Positions 1 to 11,785 of a DNA stretch of 64,000 bases are shown here, piece after piece (position 1 is the first letter of the stretch; each line of letters starts with the position of its first letter). The DNA is taken from contig OZ316897.1 in assembly GCA_973895155.1 (NCBI GenBank), forward strand, positions 15,127,375 to 15,191,374, in the 5' to 3' direction. Below the pieces are notes generated by a model that saw only the letters and a list, made by a program, of their open reading frames with translations, was not told the origin of the DNA and searched no databases. The position numbers and the translations under genes were made by a program. The stretch is from Marsupella aquatica (taxonomy: Eukaryota > Plantae > Marchantiophyta).

Positions 1-1
1 A

Positions 2-1729
2 GAACGCTGCCAGAATTGCCCATTTAACAAATCTTCCGAGTCAGGCACAGCAGGTCAGTCTCCGAATTCGGATGACACGGATGATGAGGAGTCTGAAAAG
101 AAACCACCACCACCGAAACCCTGCCCCCTAAAGGCAATTCTCGATGGAATGCCAAAAGAGTGGATCGAGGAGGGAGACGAGAGTTACACCGTTGTCATAA
201 AGAAGGCTCCACCACCAAAACTACATCCCCTCGTTCAAATTCTGAACGGCATGTCCCAAGTGATGGACAGGAGGGACTCCAACACGACTCGTGCGCTATT
301 CCTCAAAGACTTTGATGCGACACTACAAAAAATCAACAGTGATGCTGACTTAAAAGAGCCTGAACTAGACCGGTTGAGGCCTCGTCACTACACTAAGATC
401 CTGGACGCAATGGCCGGCGCTGTGGAATTCACAGATGAGAAGACCCACACTCAAAGGCTAGACCGTATGGTTCGGCAAACTCGGGATGAGGGGTTGATCA
501 GCAGCTGGGAAGCAAAGAAGAAGAAAAGGGCTGACGAATTGGCATTCAGGAGTCGTCAGAGTGTTCAGATGCTGCATTCCATGATCAATGTCCGGGAGTA
601 CGCAGATGATGCCAGGGATTACAGTGTCTGGCTTGATGGAGTGGCACCTGTAGACAACGAGAGCCAAAGTGAGGAACCAGAGAAAACTGTGTCGGAACTA
701 TCTGCAAATGGAAAACCTCGAGAGCCTCGTTTTCGTGAGGATTCTGCTGCCAACTTTCTCAATAGCGTAGCAGTGCAAATCCTTGACGAATTTAGTCATT
801 CCAAAAAACCCAAAGCTGACGGTTCACAGGGTACGTCTAAAGGCCCCAAAGAGCCGAGTTTCAGGGAGGATTCAGCAGCTAACTTCCTCGGTGCCATGTC
901 AAAGCAGATTAAGGAGCAATTCACAGACCACAGGAGTGGCGAGAGTGAAACAGGGGACCACTCGGAGGGGTCCAAGCACCCAAGATTCCGTGAGAAATCT
1001 GCTCTGAAGTTCATATCTACACTGGAAGAGCAACTCCGTCCGGACTTTGAAAATAGATCAGCGGAGAAGTCAGCAGCTGGGGTCCCCAGATTCCGGGACA
1101 AATCTGCAATTCACTTCCTGAACGCCCTCAGAGACGAAATTACGCAGGGTGGTTCAAATCCACCTTCTGAAGGCCCGAGTTCGACTGATCGAGATGTTCA
1201 ATCACAGACAACGCAAAACAATATGAGAAAGGGTAGCGCAAAGGCACCTTCCGAAGCTCCAAGTTCTAGTAGTAACGTTGTCCGATCAGAGACACAGCAC
1301 AGCAACGTGAGAAAGAGTGGCGCAAAGGCACCTTCTCAAGGCCCAAGTTCTAGTGGTCACGACGTCCAATCAGAGAGCCAGCACAAGAACGTGAGAAAGA
1401 GTGGCGCAAAGGCACCTTCTCAAGGCCCAAGTTCTAGTGATCACGATGTCCAATCAGAGACACGGCACACCAATGTGACAAACGGTGGCGCAAAGGCACC
1501 TTCTCAAGGCCCAAGTTCTAATGGTCACGAAGTTCAATCAGCGACAAAGCACAAGAATGTGAGAAACGGTAGCGCAAAGGAAACTTCTAGCAATCAAGAT
1601 ATTCAATCAGAGACAGACGACAAGACTGGGAGAAGGGGTGGCTCAAAGCCACGTTCTGAAAGTGCGAATTCAAGTCAACATGTCCAATCAAATACACAGC
1701 ACAAGAATGTGAACAAAAAACAAAAATAG
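2..1729 (+). CDS. 5'-truncated, largely disordered repeat protein of unknown function (terminal exon)
   Basis: The frame of ORF 149..1729 stays open back to base 2 (ERCQNCPFNK...). It contains four PxFR(E/D)xSAxxF(L/I) motifs and about 7 copies of a 28-aa Ser/Gly/Lys-rich unit. Confidence 0.75.
   Translation, partial: ERCQNCPFNKSSESGTAGQSPNSDDTDDEESEKKPPPPKPCPLKAILDGMPKEWIEEGDESYTVVIKKAPPPKLHPLVQILNGMSQVMDRRDSNTTRALFLKDFDATLQKINSDADLKEPELDRLRPRHYTKILDAMAGAVEFTDEKTHTQRLDRMVRQTRDEGLISSWEAKKKKRADELAFRSRQSVQMLHSMINVREYADDARDYSVWLDGVAPVDNESQSEEPEKTVSELSANGKPREPRFREDSAANFLNSVAVQILDEFSHSKKPKADGSQGTSKGPKEPSFREDSAANFLGAMSKQIKEQFTDHRSGESETGDHSEGSKHPRFREKSALKFISTLEEQLRPDFENRSAEKSAAGVPRFRDKSAIHFLNALRDEITQGGSNPPSEGPSSTDRDVQSQTTQNNMRKGSAKAPSEAPSSSSNVVRSETQHSNVRKSGAKAPSQGPSSSGHDVQSESQHKNVRKSGAKAPSQGPSSSDHDVQSETRHTNVTNGGAKAPSQGPSSNGHEVQSATKHKNVRNGSAKETSSNQDIQSETDDKTGRRGGSKPRSESANSSQHVQSNTQHKNVNKKQK
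1147..1715 (+). repeat. Coding tandem repeat, 84-bp/28-aa unit, ~7 copies
   Basis: The unit NVRKSGAKAPSQGPSSSGHDVQSESQHK recurs at about 1220, 1304, 1388, 1472 and 1556, with degenerate flanking copies. Confidence 0.9.
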
Positions 1730-2269
1730 GAAATGTTCAATTTCTGATAGAAAGCAGACATAGGGTGAGATAGCATGGTGCGAGCATAATGCAGTTCGTT
1801 CTTTGCAAAACAGAATTTCATCGTGAAACTTTGTTTGTTTTTATACCAGGAAGGTTGCATTACAAGAACAAATTAAGTGAGATAAGAATCTGAACAGCAG
1901 TGCTATCCGAAAGGTCAATCGAGCAAGTTTCCATCAACTAATGCTACTCGGTAAGGTGCACGTCCCTGTCCAACGGAATTGCTCTATCTGTACAAGAGCA
2001 AATCCGAACTGAGAACAGATTGTCAGTTCTGATGTCTGGAGTTCACTCAGAGGAAACCGACAATTTTAAGTAGTGTGATACATCTACTGTAGCTCATTTA
2101 TGAACTTTCAATACTCAGTTTCCCTCAAAGTGTACTTAATTGCTTCCTAGTCGTTAGCTACAGTAGCTTGAAATTCGGAATATAACTACCGGAGTCTCAT
2201 TATTTTTGGTATTGGGATTCTGGATGATCTGCATTCATATCTCTTCTCGAATGCCTCTCCATTTCAAAT

Positions 2270-2418
2270 ATGTCATTAAAGAGCATTGCTTCATTGATAG
2301 GTTGATGATCTGAGTTTGAACCCGGCCTCAAGCCCGATCGGACATGTCATTAAAGAGCATTGCTTCATTGATAGGTTGATGATCTGAGTTTGAACCCGGC
2401 CTCAAAGCCCGATCGGAC
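2270..2418. repeat. Near-exact tandem duplication (74/75 bp)
   Basis: atgtcattaaagagc...cccgatcggac occurs at 2270-2343 and 2344-2418, differing by one extra A. Confidence 0.95.
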
Positions 2419-4496
2419 AACATTGCTATGCAGTTTCTATTTCATCAATAGATAACGACCAATTACAACAATTTAAAACTGGCTGTTTTGTCGCCCACCT
2501 TCCCCCGGAAAATCCTGTTCAATTCTGCCCAACAACACCGTGTTCAAAAGTGTTCTCCTCGAGAACTCCCCAGTTTGGAAGTCATCTTCTCCATTTAAGA
2601 TCAAACAAACTAGTTCGTCGAGGTGGGAACGTCATCTTTCTAATCACAGTGATACTACAGTACTTATTTAGATTTGCTTCGAATTAGACTCTTCCGCTCA
2701 AATCGTCTGGAAATGCTTCAATCTTTCCTAAGTAAGCAGACAGCCAATCTTTAGTATCCTCCATCGTCAAGACGGGCGCCAAGATTGATTTCGCATCACT
2801 GTTCAATTTTCAGGATTTGTCTAGCTTTTCCACTTTACTCCTCAAATGAATTATTTCGACAATTACGCGAGACGTGAAGGGTTGATAGGTAATAATAGCA
2901 CTTTATACTAGGGGTGGTTTGCATTAAGTAGAGGTTACGTAAGGCAGTCTCATTCCTTTTAGCTCCAAAGTCGTTGTCATGGGAGACTGGATGGCCAATG
3001 ACAACATCAGATTAGCTGATGATTGGGGTTTCCGCGTGTAACGCCATTAAGTGGAGCCGGTAGGAACTGCAGACATGAGCTCTGCAAGCCTGCCCACCGG
3101 CAACACTAGGTTGGATCTGGAATGAGCCAAGGCAGTCTCCTAGGTTCGGTTCAGATGGAGCAGCACTTTGGTACATTTACAAAATTATATCAAAAAATCC
3201 GTATGAAATTACACAGGTCCGAAAGGATTCCGATATTCGAAAGGAGAAAAACCTGCCCGAAAGACACCAACGTGAGGCAGAGATAGAATCAAGCTATAGA
3301 ATCAAGCTTCGAAACACAACAACCGACACGTTTACGAGGAACAGTGTCAGAAGCGTATAGCGATTCCCATATTCGGCAACAGGTGACCAAAAAAGCTGAT
3401 TGAAATCTTGTTTCGCATAAGAAAAGCACCAGATCGTTGGAATTTCAAGTGGCAGCGAAGCCGCTGAAACAGAATATGTACACGAAGTTTCTAAATATGG
3501 ATCACGCCGAGACTAACCGGTGGCAAGAAATTACCTCTACTAAGTGGTACTAGACTACCTTCCAAAAAATGCTCGCAGCGATTTCAGAGCTTGAAATTTC
3601 ACTGTGGGCACATCAGTAGTTCTGGAAGACTACTGCGAACTAAAAAAACATGCACGTTTCCCAAAAATTCTTTAAAACTTTCCCGGCTGATCCATCTGCA
3701 GCTACACACCGATGGCACATAGCGTTGTCAGGATGAACACTTGGGTTATCATCGGTTTGTATCAGTACATGGGCTAGACTAACGTCGAGTTTGTGGTAAT
3801 CTCAGAGGTTTCCCGGGTTCAAGTGCAGAGTCGAGCAATCTGTCTACTAATTTAGGTTTAGATCAAGTCGACAAGCTTTCCGGTCCACCAGAAGTCCACC
3901 AACAAGTTTGGACTCCAGAGAGAAGACCATTGCTGCAATTAATTTCTCCCCGTGGTTCCTGAAGATGTTATTCCTACAGAATCGATGAATATAAGTAGCT
4001 CGTAAATCCAGTAACATTGAGGGTCAGTTAATCTGGTAGTTGACCGGAAGTCTCCTTCTGGGCCGTCTAGGGAGGCTCTTCGTCTGAAAGGTACGGTTCC
4101 TAGGTGGAACAGTACATGGTCAAACTTTTAATTGAAGTGTCCGCCCTGCTGCCAGATATGCACATGAGACCAGGGACGGACCCGTACAAGACTGAACTCT
4201 GCTTCGGCTGACTGGACTTCAAGCCGTATCACGTCGACTACCGTGGCCAACGCTAATATCTTTCTGGCACAAGGTATATGGTCTCAAATTGCTCACCACC
4301 AGCCTGAAGAAATTTTGCACCAATTTGAGAAGAGGAGAAAGGTACCGAACAGACGCCACCCCAGAGCAGGATGTCACGGCATACCTTTCCACATCTGTCA
4401 CGTAACATCACAGTCTCGTCAGTCGATCACGTGAAAAACTCTGAAGATCGTCACTTGAGAAAATCTGAACATCGAAGGGCTCAGAGATCATTTCAA

Positions 4497-6190
4497 CTAG
4501 CTATCTTGAATCCAGAAAAGGAGTCTGTTAGGCAATTTCACATCAAAGGATTTCCTGTAGCGGAGGACGGGTAAACGAAACGTACAACAGCAAGCATAAT
4601 ACCCACCTCTGCGCTCTTTCGAATCTTTCCGAACTTTTTTCGAGTCCACGTGAGAGCTCCGCACACAGTGCTCCAACTGCAGGCGCTTCAATTGATCAGC
4701 CACTTCGTTTATTTTGGGTCTCTTCGTCGGGTCCGGAGCGCAACATTTGATGGCCACGTCAATGAGCTCCTCCAGAAGGGCTCGGAGGCATTCTTTGCAA
4801 GGGACCTCGCCCTTGCTAAGAGACGGGCACCAGATGGAAGAGTCTACAATGTCATCCACGAGCCCTAGAGCTGACATCTCCATGACTAAATCTGGTAGGA
4901 AGGTCTTCGTCCGACTTTCCAGACCCACTTTCAAGCCGGTAACGAGCTCCATAAGGACCACGCCAAAGCTGTAGACGTCGGTGGTGTCTGTCAGCTTGCC
5001 CGTACTCTCATAGTGGGGATCGATGTATCCACGAGAGCCCTTGACTTTGGTGTAACAATAACTTCGATGTTTTTCGTGAGATATAGCCGCAGCAATCCCG
5101 AAGTCTGCAAGCTTTGCTCTTCGGTGCTGGTCCAGAAGGATGTTCGTGGTACGTACATCTCGGTGGTAGATGGGAAATTTACTGTTGTAGTGAAGCTGAG
5201 TGACCGCATCCGCGACATCAATAGCTACGGCCAATCTGTCATCCCAAGCAAGTCTCTTTGGAAAATGCCCTTGCAAATGCTGTTCCAAGTTGCCCTTGCT
5301 CACGTACTCGTAGACTAGGAGGGGATCATGCTCGGTAGAGCAGTATCCGAGCAATTTAACGAAGTGCGACGATTTGGGAAGACTTCGATGGAGAAACACT
5401 TCGTAGAGAACCTCTGCTAGTGAGTGACCTTGCTTGTCCTTGAACTTCTTCACAACTACAGAGTTGCCATCGGGAAGACATCCTTCATATAGTGTTCCAC
5501 CTTTCCCATCGTGTACGGCTTTGAGCTCAGAGAAGTTGTGAGTCGCCGCCCTCAGCTCTCTATGTGAATACCACGTGAAGCGAATGTTGGCCGCTCTTGT
5601 GTAGTACCACTGTCTGAACTTCGATTCTGTCATGATGAGACATAGACAAGACGGTTTGATTACGCAAAGCAAATGAAAAGTTTGGAATCAACCTGAGACA
5701 CTCCTGCACCACTCACTGTTGTTTTTCGAAATGTGTGACTAATCCAACTTGTTACCCCTCTCGTTACTGCTCCTACAAATGAAACTGAATTCGTGACAAT
5801 GTGCTAGCTGCCATATCTGAAGCTTACTCTAAGCCAACACAAATTACCGTACAGCTAGAGAACAAAAGACTGACCTCCATCAGCGTGAAGGTCATTCAAG
5901 ATGAAAAATTGGTGGATAAACTCCGTCCAGGCAGCCACCCGAGGCATCTTTTGCGATAAAGAGAGTTTCATGTGCGTGGCCGCCATCTCCAGGGTGTGGT
6001 CGGCCGACATTCCTTGCTGTAGAGCCCATTGACAGAAAAGAGTAAGCCAGCTCACGGCCTCTGATTTCTGTTCTTTGCCAGTATACGCTGGGACCACCAC
6101 ATCACCAGCTTTCGCCTTTGGAATGAGACTATCCAAACACTTCAATTTGAGTTGCCTCCGAAAATCGTCACTAAGAGCGTAGTGCGGCAT
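4497..6190 (-). CDS. RLK/Pelle (WAK/LRK10L-like) Ser/Thr kinase lacking a TM segment, predicted to be fused to an N-terminal Gag-capsid-like domain. Exons 6190-5875 and 5626-4497, ~481 aa
   Basis: Kinase motifs are WYSHRELRAATHNF, VVVKK, LLVYEY, HRDVRTTN, DFG, GSRGYIDP and DVYSFGVVLMEL. The upstream ORF 5855-6190 has a phase-1 donor (GGA G|gtcagt at 5875/5874) matching a phase-1 acceptor (gacag|AA TCG at 5627/5626). The joined length of 1446 nt is in frame. The kinase call is certain; the splice is a prediction. Confidence 0.8.
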
Positions 6191-8768
6191 TTTCGCACGA
6201 TCAAGTCAACTCTGAAGATTCAAAGATCCCGGCCCCGTTAGAACAGCTCTGGATCGCGTTCTGTTGACAGTACTCTCCTTTAGCACTTCTATTACTCGTG
6301 CATGTGGAGTTCAAGATAAGTTATAGCAGCTCTAAACGAAGGTTGTCAAAGGCAGACGAGACCTATAGCGAGCTGGACGAGGGGAGTCCTGTTAGTTGAT
6401 CAACTTAGCACGATAGCGACTAAGCAAGCACGTACATAGATCAGTGTATATGGATTGGTAGGAATGCCGTTAACTTGATGAAAAGGCGTTCACGAGAAGA
6501 GTAAGTAATGCACTGTAATGTCAACCCGTTGAAGCTAGTAGTGAAAAAATAAAGCCTTGGAAGATCATCCAAGGTGAGAGGCGAGCTCAGCTACAAATTG
6601 AACTCGCCTAATGATCATCCTACGCGGTCACGGTAAATGAAGTTATAGTACGATTCGTGTACCGTACTTCCTTCAAGAAACGAATGCAAAGTTAAGATGA
6701 TGGCAGAACAGATCAAGATCCTAAATGTATAATTGATACTGACGGGCCTGTAGTTCTAGAATGTCAGCTAGCTCGATTCTCACTCTAGACGGAAAGCAAC
6801 GCTACTAACTCCTGACAAAATGAATGAGGCAAAATAGGCGTCGAGAGTAATAGTGCAGCTACGAATTGATGTGAACAAGAGGTGGCTATCTTCACATATC
6901 ACAAGACTCGAGAGGAGTAAGTTACCAGCTCACTGGTTAATCGTACTGGTGATCATCAGATGGGAGGGAACGATATTAGAATAACATTAAGAAGCTCGTT
7001 TAAACTCTCCAGCTCGATCGAACAAGTTATTATCACCAATTAAAGCCGCAAGGCTTTGCGTGAAGGACCTGAATCCGAGAAAGAGAACAGGTGGAAGAGA
7101 TTGGCATTTCAAACAGTATTCAAGTACCCTTTGAGAGCTAGCGATGAAGGAAAGTCGCAAGCGCTGCACGACGTCGTCAACCTGAGTCTAGGTAGACAAC
7201 AATAAGCGGAGAAGAGGACTCGAACAGATTTCTCGTGCTCAGGAAATTAAGACCCTTTATAACCATATCCTTGCTCGGCAAACACGGAGTGCCTCGGGGA
7301 AGGCTTGCATGTCCTTCATACATTGGGATTCGTGAAATGGACTAATCAGGAAATGAATGACAATTTGTGGGAAGGGTTTGGTTTGTAGTTACTGTGTATT
7401 TCAGACGCGGAAAAAATGTACTTATGAAACTTGTAGCGGGAAATAAGCGTATTTAATGCTGGAAACGTGGATTATTAAAGCTCCCGAGAAGCTGGTGATG
7501 GAAATGACCTTTCATTCTTGTCCTCACTTCCTCCAGGAGGCAGGGGTGAACTGCAGAAGCTACAGTTTTCGTAAAAATTAACTTTCAGAAGGTGATGAAG
7601 AGTTCCGCGAAATATGGCAGCCGGGGCTTCAACCAGTCTCTCGAGCGCCCAGTTGGCCAATCTCCCATCCCCATTTATGTTTCTTTGGAATTCTGTTTAC
7701 TGTACAATCAGAAGTTGATCACTTTTTCATGGCTTCATTATATATCCCACACAAACCGTGCTCCCCACCACCACGTGCTCGAGCCGGTAAACTCTGGAGA
7801 CGACGTTCGAAACCATAAATTCCCATCTCGTCGCCGACACAAAGATATCACGGGGAATGGATCTGGCCGTCAGGGCTCTACTCTCCGTGAAGCTACCCGA
7901 TGCGACAAGAGTTTCATATGCCGGCTGTCTGTTTGCAAGCTACTCGGATCCCGGCGCCGCACATGAGAGTCAATTTTGTGCAAGCAACAAGGGCTTACGT
8001 CTCAACGGTAAATGCTAGTGGCCACCAAACTAGCGTTCTCACCGAAGAAGAAAGGGGGTCCTGAAACCCGGCGGCCGGGACGCAATCTTACATTTCGGCT
8101 GATGTTCACGTGAGGGTTTAGCAATATAGCATCCTAAAAATCTAAAATGGATCTGAATCAATCAATAAAAACCCTCCGGCCTCTAGGCTCATCGTAATCC
8201 ATGCAGAATCTAGCATGTCGCCGAATATGGTTTTGTCGTCTGACTAGCCGCAACTTCTGTAAGCTTTCTAACCCCCACATGCCGCACACGAGCTGCATTC
8301 AAGAAACACAAATAAATAGACAATCCTCGTAACAATCACTTAATTCCAATACTCCATGGGTAATATCTCCTTTTCCGAACGAAGCGTAGACAAAAAGTTC
8401 GTCTTTCGATTTTGTCCGGTATGCAGAGGCGAGCATCTCTAACCCTACTGGTTTTTTTTTAACTGTAAGTGTTTACTGTATGTGTTGATCATACCAGAAA
8501 AAATGCAAACATTGAGGTGTTGGCATAATCACAAGAACTCTATGTGTTTTCAGGAACAACGTTTTTTTATTGTATTTTTATATGAACGAGATTACACATT
8601 AATTAAATTTTTATTAGGTTTTAGATTAATCGATGGTAGACGGATGCTATACCTATTGTTCAGGGGAAATTACTTTATCAGAGCTAAGACTGTTTTTTTT
8701 TTCAATTGACAATGACAGCTACTGCGAGTGAACTTTTAAAAAAGTACATTGTCAGGCAATCCCCGATG

Positions 8769-8922
8769 ATTGGTATCCCCGATGATATGCGCAAATTCAA
8801 TCAAATGGGGTAATTAGAAAACCCCATTTGATTGAAGATGCTAATTATAGTAACTAATAAGCAAAGCCTCGTAACTAGTACCCAATTTGATTGAATTTGC
8901 GCATATCATCGGGGATACCAAT
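8769..8922. repeat. 44-bp inverted repeat (hairpin) with a nested alternative stem
   Basis: 8769-8812 is the reverse complement of 8879-8922 with 1 mismatch. 8796-8810 also pairs with 8822-8836. Confidence 0.9.
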
Positions 8923-9445
8923 AACCCAGGACTCGAGTTGGAATTGATAACCACATACAAATTAATTCTCAGTAGGGATTCATTATACAAACTACTGTCA
9001 GATGGCATGTTTGGTTGTATTGGAAACCTGGAACCAAAGTCAGCCACACTATGGGTATTGTACAGTAAGTATACTTTTAGACATTTGGATCTCGCCTAAT
9101 TGTTCACCTCACCACCTTCTTGCATGACAAAATAAAAGAGCGATTCACCCAATTCATGACTTGAGCATGGCTGGTCACCTTGGACTCGTAGAATTTCTCG
9201 GACAGAGTGACAAGATATCTACCCGATCAGTTCACCTAATCATTTGCATTGTTTTGTTTTCTTGTAAAGAGCTACTTTTTTCGAAATTTGTCCCAGACCA
9301 TGCATGGTACGTTGCGGTGGCATGTTCCCAGTAACCGAAGCATTCTCCAGAATGTGTGGAAATCGGCTCAATTGGCTGAATGGCTGAAATGATGAAGTGG
9401 ACAGGTGATCTATACTACGAATTTCGTGGGTCTTTCTGTTCATTC

Positions 9446-9880
9446 AGAACCACGCTGAATGTAAAATCACTCGGAATTGCTTTCAAGTCTCTTTATAGCC
9501 CAAAGACCTGTTCACATAAAGGTTTCAGCCACACGAATGGAAGGGGACAGCCATGACTCATGATTTAGATCGAGTGACACGACTGCAGTAGAAACCGCGC
9601 TGAAGGTAAAATCACTCGGAATTGTTTTCAGGTCTCTTTAGGGCCTAAAGACCTCTTGACAGAAAGTTGTTAGACCACACGAGTTGAAGGGGACAGTCAT
9701 GAATCACGATTTAGACCGAGTAACATGACTGGCAACAGATATGCAGTAGAAACTGCGCTGAATGTAAAATCACTCGGAAATGTTTTCAAGACTCTTGAGG
9801 CTCATGAAATCTTGACATAAAGTTGTCAAAAAACAGAATGGAAGGGGACAGTCATGAATCACAATTTAGACCTAGTGACA
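9446..9880. repeat. Tandem repeat, three ~145-160 bp units
   Basis: gctgaa(t/g)gtaaaatcactcggaa...gaaggggacag(c/t)catga...atttaga recurs three times. Confidence 0.9.
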
Positions 9881-10674
9881 TCGGTGGCAAAAGAAAATTG
9901 CAGAAAAATCCCTCGCCGAGTCTGCCATTTGGAAAGAATATTTATCTCTGCCCTTCACGCATCGCCGGATCGGCCACTGGTCCTGCCCAGTGTTCTGCAA
10001 AACAGTATACAGTCTGGAGTCCTTGATGCTCACTAAGGCACTATCTTGTGCGAAGAGCTTTCAGGTGTGCAAAGCTTTACAGTACATGTAGTCAACAAAT
10101 ATGAGCTGAGGCTGAAATGAGCTGCAGATTTTGGGGCCCCCTTTTCCATCGATGTTTACAGCAATGAAGAACCATAAGACGTTCCAAACTTGAGAGCTTT
10201 TAAAGAAAACCAGTCCAAAGAAGAAGAAAAAAGTTAAATAATTGGAAGAAAATAATGATGAATGTTTTCTTGATACTCTTGAGTATATTCACAGACATTC
10301 TGGGTGCTATAAAAGAAGTTTTCATTCAGTATTCACCAAAAATAATTTGCACATTTTTGTATGATACAAAAAAAAATTCCACATATAATTTATGTTCTAG
10401 AAAACCTCCTCCAAAAGTTCTATATTCTATCTCCACTTCATGAAACTTGAAATTATTTTCATTATTCATAATTGAAAATAACACATAGGTTTCCCAAGTT
10501 ATAAAACATCATTTGCAAAACACATATTATTTACAAAAGAATGAGAATTAAGATTATAAAAAAAACAATGAGCATTAAAAATTTTGTAAAAAATAAGCAT
10601 CTATGTACCACATGAGAAAAAAATGTATATCATCTTTGGTTACTCTCATCGGGTGTAAGTCTCAATATCTTTAA

Positions 10675-11785
10675 GGGCCACTATACAAGACGGGTGTGGC
10701 AATTTAGTCCCTCTTTTTTCAGGATCAAATCAATCACAACCGTTGTTTCAGCCTGCCTGGGCGCTCCTTGCCTCGTTCCCGCAAGTTGAGCTGTGGGAAC
10801 AACCAAACCTGCATTCTGGTATGGATCAGCTCGGGCCAGCCGGCTTGGGACTCTCATTCTGGCGCTAGACTATTGGACCTCCGGAGGTGCAAAAATGGGC
10901 AGGCAGCTTTCTCCTAAGATTTTATCATCATTCATGAGAGTGGATGAGCTGCAAGTCACCCGACCCCCGACTAGTTCTCTCCATGTCCATCTTTGCGCAG
11001 CACCAGTCTTCAACCCTGAAAATTCTCATGCTTTCCTTTTGTAGGAGTGCAACTTGTCACAAAGTGCAACAAAATTTATGGAGTGATATGGGCCGTGGAT
11101 CTCTGTCACACCATTCTAGGTAGTGTTAGAGCGTATCGTACTATCTAGATCCGTATGTTTGGTATGTGTGCTATATGAGCCGATAAGGTTCCGTTAGATT
11201 TGTGTGAGAGGATAGTTCTCTCTTGTGAGGCATTGAAAGGTTATCTTTCAATGTTGAGCCTTGGAGAGGGGAGCTTGTGTGGTGGCGATGGTGGCTGAGA
11301 GCTCTCTCTATGTAGCATGAATTCCTTGAGTGCAAGGTGCGTTGGCTCAACATACGTGTGTGATCGGATCAGACAGGATTGAATGCATATTGTTAGCGTT
11401 GATCGTTAATCAGATTCTATCAAGATTATTGTGAGTTTTGGACATGTGTGGACATGAGTTCCACCTGTATCCCATTTTCTTGTGTTTGTGATGTGGCAGT
11501 GTGACTATGTCTGGATGTATGTGACAAGCGATGTATGTTGTGTAGCGATGTGTATGCTCACGACATCTCTTTGTCACGTGAAAATGCCCTCGATGAGCTC
11601 CTGCCGGCCCCACTACTTGTCACTGAGATGCCCAGGCAGTCTTATCTTTAGAAGACATCCACGGCACTATTGGTTTTTTCCTGCCTTGGTCTGGTCTAGA
11701 GTCCTACCATACACGAAAAGTCGGGCTCTGTTACAGCCCTGGTAGAAAGCACTCAAATTGCCGCGCCCGTCTTGTAAAGTGGCCC
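10675..11785. mobile_element. Non-autonomous PIF/Harbinger (Tourist-like) DNA transposon, 1111 bp
   Basis: ~31-bp TIRs (gggccactatacaagacgggtgtggcaattt / aaattgccgcgcccgtcttgtaaagtggccc, 3 mismatches) are flanked by TAA on both sides (10672-74, 11786-88). There is no transposase ORF. Confidence 0.85.

Noticed and set aside
2270-2418. TGATGA/CTGA motifs suggesting tandem C/D snoRNAs
   Set aside because: The boxes are adjacent with no guide region or terminal stem. A simple duplication explains the pattern.
2470-4400. Coding-looking minus-strand patches downstream of kinase 1 (possible extra 3' exons)
   Set aside because: The frames are interrupted by stops and show no recognisable motif. Transcript data would be needed.
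6987-7960. Possible minus-strand exons upstream of the Gag-like exon (e.g. VDDVVQRLRLSF, LANWALERL)
   Set aside because: I could not assemble a consistent spliced frame or recognise a family.
9446-9880. Regularly spaced repeats resembling a CRISPR array (also 45430-45920 and 61944-62340)
   Set aside because: Whole units are homologous with no unique spacers, there are no cas genes, and the context is eukaryotic.
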